Virus record (IMG/VR): IMGVR_UViG_3300032302_000065
DNA length: 64,000 nucleotides
Reading direction: 5' to 3' (one strand)
DNA from: a virus
Lineage: Duplodnaviria > Caudoviricetes
The translations under genes and the position numbers were made by a program. The notes beneath the pieces are model-generated. The model saw nothing but the letters and a program-made list of their open reading frames with translations. It did not search any database and was not told the DNA's origin. This document shows, one piece after another, positions 38,673 to 47,800 of the stretch. The stretch's first letter is position 1, and every line of letters starts with the position of its first letter.

Positions 38673-40058
38673 TTAGGGTATTAGTCTATTTAAATTTATT
38701 GGAGAAGAACCTCTTGTTAGTTCTAATCGTTTTATGTAAGTTGCTCCAGACAAACTATGTTGAACGCCTGATACAAAATATTTACCTGAATGCATTGCAT
38801 CAGGCAAAGGTGTGCTAGAATTTAATGATAATTGTCTGTCATATGCACTTGGAATAACAAGGTTCACTACATGTCCAACACCAATTGAATTTGTTGCGCC
38901 TTGAATATCTACTTCAAGTTTATGTAAACTTTTAGATAAACCAAACATATTATTTGGCAACCAAGACTTTCTATCAACAGGATCATTTATTGACGAAAAA
39001 AACAATTTTCTTCCTGGTATTTCATTTTTATTGTTATCGTATGTATTGAAAATATTTTTATCATCTAGCAATTTATTTTCGTAAAAATCACCAGTATCTC
39101 TATTTTTATATCCAAACTTCTCTACATTATAAGTTCTATTGATTGGATTTATAGCAGTCATTGTGGTGTTATAAAGACCCAAAGTCATACACTCTAGATG
39201 ATTGAAATTTTCTTGATATGCTAGTCTTACTGCACGTATTTTTTTACCTTCTATTTTTGCATCTTGATTTAGATTAAAATATATGCTGTGTATTCCACCA
39301 GTTATAGAATCTTCTATTAATTTTTCATAGCTTCCAAAATAATGTGATGATGCAAATTTACTACCATCAGGATATGTACCCATAACTGGAACAAAACGTT
39401 CATAGAATATAAAAAACTTATTTTTTACGCAAGCACGTTCGGCCATCATTGTGATTGCTTTGTGTGGCATTATTCCAGTAGCAATAAAAGGTTTAGTTAA
39501 CGTAACTCTTGAGTCTTCTACTGCTAAATCGTTATTCGACATTTCTCCGAACATTGATAGAACGGCATCTTTAATGTTTGTATTTTTATAACTTTTAAAT
39601 AGTAATTTTTTTGTGGAATCAACAAAAGATTTTGATGTGAAATATAATGTATAACGTCTAGTTAAATTTGTGTTATCAACTTCATACTTACCAATTTTAG
39701 TTATTATTAAATCTTCTCTCCAAACAATAATTTCATTTGTAGCTGGCATAGAAAATTTTAATGCAATACGTTCACCACCTTCTATTTCCCATTTTTCTAA
39801 CGCACCGCCAATATCATTGATTGTCACGGACCCAATTATGAAAGCTGAAAATACATTTTCATCTATATTAAATCCTGCGAAAGAATCCAACAATGAAATT
39901 CTCACACCTTGGCGAGTTATGATTGACAATTCATTAATGATAACGTCTCCACCAATTTGTGCTTTTGGTGGAGAAGTTTTAATTATCGATACGTTATTTG
40001 GGTTATCTATCTCATCATTAGACACCGCCCCAAATGCATTAGTTATTTCATATTTCAT
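38673..40058 (-). CDS. Baseplate hub protein (gp27-like)
   Basis: Position between gp53 and gp5; IDENVF..GSVTIND, GHVVNL, SGKYFVSGVQH. Confidence 0.7.
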   Translation of the reverse strand: MKYEITNAFGAVSNDEIDNPNNVSIIKTSPPKAQIGGDVIINELSIITRQGVRISLLDSFAGFNIDENVFSAFIIGSVTINDIGGALEKWEIEGGERIALKFSMPATNEIIVWREDLIITKIGKYEVDNTNLTRRYTLYFTSKSFVDSTKKLLFKSYKNTNIKDAVLSMFGEMSNNDLAVEDSRVTLTKPFIATGIMPHKAITMMAERACVKNKFFIFYERFVPVMGTYPDGSKFASSHYFGSYEKLIEDSITGGIHSIYFNLNQDAKIEGKKIRAVRLAYQENFNHLECMTLGLYNTTMTAINPINRTYNVEKFGYKNRDTGDFYENKLLDDKNIFNTYDNNKNEIPGRKLFFSSINDPVDRKSWLPNNMFGLSKSLHKLEVDIQGATNSIGVGHVVNLVIPSAYDRQLSLNSSTPLPDAMHSGKYFVSGVQHSLSGATYIKRLELTRGSSPINLNRLIP

Positions 40059-40061
40059 ATC

Positions 40062-40592
40062 TTAAACAATTGGTTTTACAAGCATACTTTTTAGTCCAGA
40101 ATCTAATGCACCTAAAGAACTCTTTTGCATTATTTTGATTTTAGACTTGTTTGTATTTTTTCTCAATTCCCATTCGTATATTGTTTCGGAACGTCTTTTT
40201 GATGACGATAATTCCGTCCATTCAATAACATCTATGATATTTCCTGATATGTCATAGTAGTATTTTGTATTTTGCATTGCGTAGTCTAAACTTCCATACT
40301 TTTCTATGATATAATTCCTAAACTCTTCGCTATCTCTCGGCCAGTCATCATATATGTTATACATGTTATTTGTTAGTAGTATAATCCAATCATACTCTGG
40401 ACTTCCATATAATTTGTATGAAACATAGTCTGGAGTTTCTCCATCACCAATCACATATGGAGTATATGATATACCTCTAAACTCTTTTATATAATTTTTT
40501 ATTCTAGACACAACAGTAATGTCGATTGCCTTAAAATAATTATGATCGTCAATTTTATAACGAACTTTTGGATAATTAGTGAATATACTCAT
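40062..40592 (-). CDS. gp53: Baseplate wedge subunit
   Basis: GETPDYVSYKLYGSPEYDWIILLTN..DDWP. Confidence 0.9.
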   Translation of the reverse strand: MSIFTNYPKVRYKIDDHNYFKAIDITVVSRIKNYIKEFRGISYTPYVIGDGETPDYVSYKLYGSPEYDWIILLTNNMYNIYDDWPRDSEEFRNYIIEKYGSLDYAMQNTKYYYDISGNIIDVIEWTELSSSKRRSETIYEWELRKNTNKSKIKIMQKSSLGALDSGLKSMLVKPIV

Positions 40593-40594
40593 TT

Positions 40595-41623
40595 TTAGAA
40601 AATTGTTCTAGTTGCTGAAGTTGTACGCTCATCGACAAGCGTTCCGGTTGTTGGCAATGAAGTCTCTCTTAAATTAATCGTCATCGTTACTTCACTTGGA
40701 TAGTATTTGGCGCCGGTTTCAGAACTAAAAAATACCATTTTATTTTGAGATCCATAATCAACTGAAACGTTTTCAATTACACACATTTCACTCGCAAACA
40801 ATTCAGCTAACGCAGTATTCGCCGCTCCAGTATTTTTTTGCAGAAGTAATTCAAATTTACATGTATCTGGATACCCAAAACTGTAAACGGTATTATATGC
40901 CGCACCACCTATTCCATCGGGATTTAAAAACGCAAATATATCTTGATTTGCTTTATTTGCTTCTTCAGCGGCCTTCAAGTCATCGCCTGTCAAGTCTTTG
41001 GTCTCATTAATCCCATTAACAGAGTCTGATACACCAGGACCTTTTGGATCTGAATTCCCTTTTGGTGATGATGCATATCTAAATGTATTGACGATATTCA
41101 TCATGTTTTCTGCTTCATCATAACTAGTTGGTCTCATTGTAAATGGTAATGTGAACCTTCTAAATGTTGGACCTTGATAAATTAATTGTTGGAAACTATT
41201 TAAAAATCTTTTTGATATAAATTCGTATTGTGATTTTCCACTTAATCCAACAGACTGTATGAAACCTTGTGCGCCTGCACTTGCAAATTTGAGTTGTTTA
41301 AATACTGCTTCTAGTCCAGATGATCCAGGTTTAACAAGTTGTTTTAATCCTCCAAAAATACTATCAGCTTCTGCGTCTGGCGTACCAAATATGTTTTGAC
41401 TTTCTTGATATCCATTACTCAATGTTGTTTGAAACGTTCCTCCCATGCGTATAAATATGGTTGGGGATCCATCCGATAGACTTTCTGCAAATGCATCATA
41501 AAACTGAAACCTAGCCATCGTAGCCACAAAATCTGCATGTGAATCTTTTGTTCCAAAAAATAATGTATCTGATGTAGGATAACTACCGACTGTTTGATTT
41601 ATTTTAAACGGTTGTTGTGCCAC
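40595..41623 (-). CDS. gp48: Baseplate tail tube cap
   Basis: YQGPTFRRFTLPFTMRP, YPD, CVIENVSVDY, LRET; divergent from gp4; GTG start with AAGGA RBS. Confidence 0.8.
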   Translation of the reverse strand: MAQQPFKINQTVGSYPTSDTLFFGTKDSHADFVATMARFQFYDAFAESLSDGSPTIFIRMGGTFQTTLSNGYQESQNIFGTPDAEADSIFGGLKQLVKPGSSGLEAVFKQLKFASAGAQGFIQSVGLSGKSQYEFISKRFLNSFQQLIYQGPTFRRFTLPFTMRPTSYDEAENMMNIVNTFRYASSPKGNSDPKGPGVSDSVNGINETKDLTGDDLKAAEEANKANQDIFAFLNPDGIGGAAYNTVYSFGYPDTCKFELLLQKNTGAANTALAELFASEMCVIENVSVDYGSQNKMVFFSSETGAKYYPSEVTMTINLRETSLPTTGTLVDERTTSATRTIF

Positions 41624-41657
41624 GTTTTATTCCTTTTTTATTGAAAACTCATTACTC

Positions 41658-41665
41658 TATTTATG
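41658..41665 (-). promoter_or_regulatory. Late-promoter variant CATAAATA for the gp48 operon
   Basis: One mismatch to the T4 consensus; overlaps the gp4 ATG on the opposite strand. Confidence 0.55.
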
Positions 41666-42106
41666 TCATACAAAGGTAAATTTAAGCCTAAAAACTATCA
41701 AAAGTACAAAGGTAATCCAACTAATATTGTATATCGTAGTCTACTTGAACGCAGATTTATGGTGTATTGTGATGAAACTCCATCAATTCTTGAATGGTCT
41801 TCAGAAGAAGTTGTCGTGCCGTATGTATCTCCTGTTGACAATCGTTATCATCGATACTTTGTCGATTTCTGGATGAAGTACGTAGACAAGAATGGAAACA
41901 TAAAAATTGTTTTAATTGAGGTTAAACCGGATATACAAACACGCCCACCAGTCAGAAAAAACACACCAAACGGCAAACCAACTAGAAGATTCATCAATGA
42001 AGTGATGACATGGGGCGTTAATCAAGCAAAATGGGAAGCGGCAACAAAATACTCTATTGAAAGAAATTGGGAATTTAAAATCATAACCGACAAAGATTTG
42101 AGATAA
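41663..42106 (+). CDS. gp4: Head completion protein (TnsA-like nuclease fold)
   Basis: YKGKFKPKN..KYKG..YRS..E, WSSEE, YFVDF, IEVKP. Confidence 0.93.
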   Translation: MSYKGKFKPKNYQKYKGNPTNIVYRSLLERRFMVYCDETPSILEWSSEEVVVPYVSPVDNRYHRYFVDFWMKYVDKNGNIKIVLIEVKPDIQTRPPVRKNTPNGKPTRRFINEVMTWGVNQAKWEAATKYSIERNWEFKIITDKDLR

Positions 42107-42114
42107 ATAGAAGT

Positions 42115-42714
42115 ATGGCTATATTCGATAACATACTAATTAAAGGCGCACAACAAGGTGTCGTTCCCGCAAAAACTAAAGTTGCAAGGGAATGGTACAG
42201 ATCGGCTGCCGGAAAGTTAATGGGAAACATATCTCCAAGTACATTTGAAAAACGTACAGATGAAGCACGTAAAGTTCCTACTATGGAATTTGGATATATG
42301 TATGCATTTAAATATGATCCAAAACATAAAGCTGACTTACCATACTATGATACATTTCCATTGATATTTCCCGTGAAAATGGAATCTGATGGATTCTTAG
42401 GAATTAACTTTCACTATTTGCCACCAATTCTACGTGCTAAATTAATGGACGCTTTGTATTCAACGTTGACAAATAAAAAATATGATGATAGCACAAGAGT
42501 TAGAATTTCATATTCTATTTTGCAGAGTGCATCTAAGTATAGATATTTTAAGCCAACACTTAAAAAATATTTACGTGCCCATGTGCGTTCTCAGTTTTTA
42601 GAAATACAAGTACAAGAATGGGACATTGCTTTGTTTTTACCAACAGAGTCATTCAGAAAAGCAGACACTGGTCGTGTTTGGGAAGAATCACGTAAGAAAT
42701 TAGGAAGAACATAA
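42115..42714 (+). CDS. gp2: DNA end protector protein
   Basis: YDPKHK..LPYYDTFPL, GINFHYLPP, FLPTESF. Confidence 0.93.
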   Translation: MAIFDNILIKGAQQGVVPAKTKVAREWYRSAAGKLMGNISPSTFEKRTDEARKVPTMEFGYMYAFKYDPKHKADLPYYDTFPLIFPVKMESDGFLGINFHYLPPILRAKLMDALYSTLTNKKYDDSTRVRISYSILQSASKYRYFKPTLKKYLRAHVRSQFLEIQVQEWDIALFLPTESFRKADTGRVWEESRKKLGRT

Positions 42715-42715
42715 A

Positions 42716-43291
42716 ATGGCATTAGAAACAAAATTAGACTCAGTAGAAATTACAGCTAAAAGGAGATCATTTAAAATTTCGGATTTAAGAACCAAAGTTG
42801 GTGCTGTAGCACGACCAAATTTATTTAATTGTTATTTGGACGGGTCTAGTGTATTTGAATCGCAAATACCAAATTTTAGTTTTAGGTGCGAAAAGGCTGA
42901 ATTTCCAGGAAGAACAATTGCAACAACAGATGATACGCATTCTGGACCTACATTGAAACTTCCATATGACATGACGTATAATGACATTACTCTATCTATT
43001 ATTTGTTCTGAAGACATGAAAGAACGCATGTTCTTTGAAAGCTGGATGGATCTTATTGTAAAACCAGCAAGTCAACCTGATGCAGGAACAATTGCATATC
43101 ACAGCGAATATGCAAGAGGTTTAAAATTACATGTAGAACAACTAAATGGAAATGGCAATACTATTGCAGAATATGTTTGCCATGATCCTTATCCTATAGC
43201 AATAACGCCAATGAATGCAACATGGGATGAAGTAAATACATATCAGCGTTTTGGTCTAACTTTAACATATAGATATCATACGTACTCTTAA
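42716..43291 (+). CDS. gp54: Baseplate tail-tube initiator (gp54-like, tube fold)
   Basis: ARPNLF, CEKAEFPGR, LPYD, FESW, YPI; position between gp2 and gp26. Confidence 0.7.
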   Translation: MALETKLDSVEITAKRRSFKISDLRTKVGAVARPNLFNCYLDGSSVFESQIPNFSFRCEKAEFPGRTIATTDDTHSGPTLKLPYDMTYNDITLSIICSEDMKERMFFESWMDLIVKPASQPDAGTIAYHSEYARGLKLHVEQLNGNGNTIAEYVCHDPYPIAITPMNATWDEVNTYQRFGLTLTYRYHTYS

Positions 43292-43334
43292 CGTTTGACA
43301 TTTTATAATTTTTTATATAACTGGAGAAAATACT

Positions 43335-44081
43335 ATGGCTTTACCTAAATTTAACAACCCAATTTTTGAATTGACTTTACCATCTACTGGACAATCAGTC
43401 AAATACAGACCATTCTTAGTAAAGGAACAAAAACTTCTTTTGCTTGCTTTAGAAGGCAACAATCAAAATGAAGTTTTGACTGCAATTAAACAGATTGTTG
43501 GTAATTGCGCTATCGATGATATTGACCCAAGCAAAATTGCACTATTCGATTTAGAATATTTCTTTATGAGACTTAGATCAAAATCTATTGGTGAATCAAT
43601 TGATTTGAGATTGAGACATCCGACAGGATTCAATTCTAATAATGAAGAGTGTGACCACATGACTCCAATCTCAGTAGATTTGCTAAGTGTTGAAGTTGAG
43701 AAATTGGAAAATCATACCGATAAAATTATTCTAGATGATGAGACTGGAATTGGTGTTAAACTTAAATATCCAAATGTGGACATGGCAATTGCAACAAATA
43801 AAACTATTGAAGGCAAGAACCAAATGGATATTGCTACAGATGCAATCATTAACAGCATCGAATACATTTTTGATAAAGAAACAGTATACAAAAAAGAAGA
43901 TTCTACCAAGAAAGAATTGATTGAATTCATTGAGAATTTAACTCAAGATCAATATTTAAAACTTACAAAGTTTTTTGAAACTATGCCAAAGTTAAAGCAC
44001 AAAGTAGAGTGGACTTGCAAAAAGTGTGGATGTAGAGATGACGTAACTTTGGAGGGCTTGTCAAATTTTTTCGGCTTCTGA
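43335..44081 (+). CDS. gp26: Baseplate hub assembly protein
   Basis: MALPK..LPSTG..KYRPFLVKEQK, FDLEYFF.RLRSKSIGE, FFETMP, CxxC, LEGLSNFF. Confidence 0.9.
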   Translation: MALPKFNNPIFELTLPSTGQSVKYRPFLVKEQKLLLLALEGNNQNEVLTAIKQIVGNCAIDDIDPSKIALFDLEYFFMRLRSKSIGESIDLRLRHPTGFNSNNEECDHMTPISVDLLSVEVEKLENHTDKIILDDETGIGVKLKYPNVDMAIATNKTIEGKNQMDIATDAIINSIEYIFDKETVYKKEDSTKKELIEFIENLTQDQYLKLTKFFETMPKLKHKVEWTCKKCGCRDDVTLEGLSNFFGF

Positions 44082-44272
44082 TGGGGTCTGAAAATTTAGC
44101 AAACTACTATAAAACTAACTTTGCGCTAATGCAACATCATAAATATGATTTAGAGATGTTGGAGAACTTGATTCCTTTTGAACGTGAATTGTATATTATG
44201 CTACTTTCTCAACATATTGAGGAACAAAACCAGCAAGCAGAATTACAAAGACAGCAAAAAGGAAGAAGATAA
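44081..44272 (+). CDS. gp51: Baseplate hub assembly catalyst (possibly also a frameshift extension of gp26)
   Basis: YYKTNFALMQHHKY..ENLIPFERELY. Confidence 0.85.
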   Translation: MGSENLANYYKTNFALMQHHKYDLEMLENLIPFERELYIMLLSQHIEEQNQQAELQRQQKGRR

Positions 44273-44797
44273 ATGACGACAGCCAAAGAGTATGCAAAAT
44301 TAAGTGCTAGTGAGCAGAAAAAAGAAGATTGGATGAATGCTAAATGGCGTCCGATGATGGGTTGGATTTATATGCTAACCTGTGTGACTGACTTCATTAT
44401 CTTTCCTATTTTGTGGAGTATTTTACAAGCCGCATTGAAACAACCTGTGACTGCATGGCAACCCATCACCTTGCAGGGTGCAGGTTTATTTCACCTTTCT
44501 ATGGGTGCTATTATTGGTGTTGCGGCTTTCGGACGTACACAAGAAAAACTAGCAGGAGCAAATAATGGCGGAATGCAACCCTTGGGACAAAGCGTCACAA
44601 CAACATATGGCTCTTCGTCAGCAGGCGGATTCGGAGCATCCAATACTTTTGGTGCACCAATATCAACACCAAGCTATGGTGGAAATTCAGGCTTTGGAAC
44701 GCCAACGACTGGGACTGGAGGATTTTCAAAACCAGCAACAGGAAAGTCAGCAAGATTTGCAGAAGCCGATCCAGACTCTGTATTCGACAGAGGGTAA
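44273..44797 (+). CDS. Holin-like membrane protein (GTA-type 3TM holin family)
   Basis: WRPMMGW motif, two hydrophobic segments, GRTQEK. Confidence 0.7.
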   Translation: MTTAKEYAKLSASEQKKEDWMNAKWRPMMGWIYMLTCVTDFIIFPILWSILQAALKQPVTAWQPITLQGAGLFHLSMGAIIGVAAFGRTQEKLAGANNGGMQPLGQSVTTTYGSSSAGGFGASNTFGAPISTPSYGGNSGFGTPTTGTGGFSKPATGKSARFAEADPDSVFDRG

Positions 44798-44804
44798 TTA
44801 ACAT

Positions 44805-47800
44805 ATGGCAACATTAGGCAATTATGTCTCCGCTCTTGGCGGAATGGCTAAAGAAGCTATCACAGGTACTGCTAAAGGACTTGTAGGTGGGCTAAAAGGT
44901 GCAATGATCCGTGAGGCTCCAGGAATTGCTGGCGTATATGAATTTGGTAAAGATTTAAATAAACGTGCAAATTCTTATGCAAAAATGCCTGCTGGAGGTA
45001 CGCCCCCTTCGGCAGGAACATCTAATACATCTTCTCCTTTAGGTGGATTTGCTCAAGCAGTATCCGCTGTTGCTGGCATCAACCAAGGCAATGTTATTAA
45101 CCTTGAACAAGTTCGTCAATTAAAACAATTAAATGACAATGTTGTAAATCAATCTAAACTCATTGCGTTTCAAATTGCAGATCAAAAAAGAAAAGATCAA
45201 TTTGCAGAAGAAACCGCAAATGAACAAGCGGTTCGTGATGATGCACTATTACAAGCAATTAAACAAATTGGTTCCCGTGATTCTAGTGGAAAAAAATCTT
45301 CAGATGATGGTAGAGGTGGTTCTAGTAGTTTTTTAGGAAAAATTGGCGATTTAATATCGGATAATTTAGGAAGCATAATTGGAAGCATAATTGGAGGATA
45401 TTTTGGTGCCAAAACCGGTGTCCCTGGCAGAGTATTAGGTGGCATAGGACGTGGTGCGGCTGGCCAAGCCGCAGGATCAATGGCAGGTCGTGCAGTTCCT
45501 CAAATAGGAATGGCAGGTCGTGCAGTTCCTCAAATAGGAATGGCAGGTCGGGCGGCCGCAAGTAACATTATAGATGTTGAAGCAAGAGTGATTTCTAGTT
45601 CAGCCGCAAGAGGAGCATTAGCTGAAGGGATTGGTACTATTGTTCCAATGGTACTTAGATTTTTAACTGGTCCTGTGGGATTAGGAATCATGGCAGCCGC
45701 TGGCATAGGCACTTACCTTTATTCAAAACGTGATCCTGACAAAGCGGCGGCCGCAAGTGCAAATTCTGCATTAAAAAAATTAAAAAATCAACCACCAGAA
45801 ACTGAAGGTCAATTCCGTAAAGTCAAAATCACGCAAGATGAAGCAAAAGTATTATTAGAACAAAGAGCAGAGAGAGAAAAAGAAGCGGTGGAGGCCGAAG
45901 CCAAAGCCAAAACAATATCTGAATCTACTACTGCAACAGCAGAACAAAAAGAAACTGCTAAAAAATTCGCAGAAGGCAGAAGAGAAGCTGTTGATTATGA
46001 TATCAAACCGTATGGAGGACTTGACAGAATTCAAAAAGTTGCCGCAGGCCTGCCAGATCCAGGTGGAGCAGTATCTACTAGTCAATATCTTGATAAAATG
46101 AAAGGTGTTGAATCTGGAGGTAAAAATATTGCAAATCCTATTGGCGGTACTGCTGGCGGCGTTTATCAAATTACAGATAGCACTTGGACTGGTAATGTAA
46201 CAAAAATGATTGCGGCTGGAGATAAAAGGTTTACTAAAGCCGATCTTGATCCAAAGATGAAATTTAACCCAGAAAAAGCAAGAGCGGTTGCAGAATTCAT
46301 CACAAATCAAAATATATCAGGATTAAAAAATGGATTGCGTAAAGACCCAACAGAAACAGATGTCTACATGGCATGGTTTTTGGGTCTGGGTGATAACAAC
46401 TCTGGCGCAATTCAATTTTTAAAAGCAAAAGAGAAAGATCCAGCACAACTTGCATGGAAACTTGCATCATCAAATGAAGATAGTGATATAATCAATAACA
46501 ATGCTGAAATTTTCTATCAAAAAGTATCTAGAGATCCAACAACTAAAAAAGTTTTAAGTAAAGAAGGTCCACGTTCTGTACAAGCACTTTATGATTTGAT
46601 GAAATCAAAAGTTGCTAGATTTGGTGGCACTGGTGATGCAGTAGTTATTGCTTCTACAGGTTCAACTTCAGGTAATACAACTTCAGCTAATAATGAAGGA
46701 AATACAAAAGAAAAACGTCCTGGAACTAAAGTTGAAGTTAATAATAAAGAGGTAAAAGACTTTTACGCAAAAGATGATTCGCCATTTCGAACTGCCGGTG
46801 GTGGTCTTTTATTTCCTCCTGAAGCAAGTGTTCCAGGAAATCCTCCTCCAAGTGTTCCAAGAAATCCTCCTCCAAGTGTTCCAGGAAATCCTCCTCCAAG
46901 TGTTCCAGAAAAAAAATCTACATGGATGGGACAAACTGATGAATGGGGAAATTTAGCTACACCAGTCGCAACACCAACCACAAGATCACTTAGTGGCGGT
47001 ACTAAAATTGCTGTTAAGAATGCGCCAATCAAAACAGAAGACGATAAGCTAAGAAAAGTAACAGAAAATATAGCTAAACAACAGGGAATAGATCCTAAAA
47101 AATCTAGTGCAACACAAACGCCCACACAAAAGCAAAAAGAAACTGCAAGATTAGCTTCTATTGTTAAGCCTTTATACAAATCTAATACTGATATAATTAA
47201 TGATACCAATCAGAAATTTTTACAAGGATTTAAATCTACTGCTACAAGAGCATTCACTCAAATCTTAACAAAAGAATTTTTTCCAAAAGGACTTGGTGTT
47301 TCATACGACCAAGCAAAACGAGATGATAATTATCGTGGTCAGCAATTACAAAAGATTTTTGGAACACAAGCCGCATCACAAAAATTTGCAACTGGTCTAT
47401 TAGGAAAAACTTATGGTCCTATGTTTGCACCTTTGTTCAATCAAATGGCGCAAGGTTACTTGGAAGTTGGTTCTAGAATTGCAGGAAATGCAATTTTTCA
47501 AGGCATTGGTAAATTAGGCGCAGAAGAAGCACAAGGCATTATGGGGCAAGTTCTTGGGAACTATGCTGCCGGAAATAAAAAATTAGCATTAGAGCAATTG
47601 ATATTTGGCGCATCAGGCGGTAGAAATAATGGTGGTATTGCACTCGGTATGGAATCGCTTTTTGCTAAGTATGGATTTAATAATCCAACACAAGGTATTT
47701 CATATTTTGCTGGTGGGCTTGCAGATATGGCTACTGCACCTCTTGCAAATATGTTAGGAGGCGATACAACTAATGGTGTTCGTTTTGATAACAGAACTGG

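Noticed and set aside
41663-42106. Tn7 TnsA transposase or mobile element
   Set aside because: The TnsA-like fold here is the gp4 head completion protein in its usual position; no other transposon genes or ends
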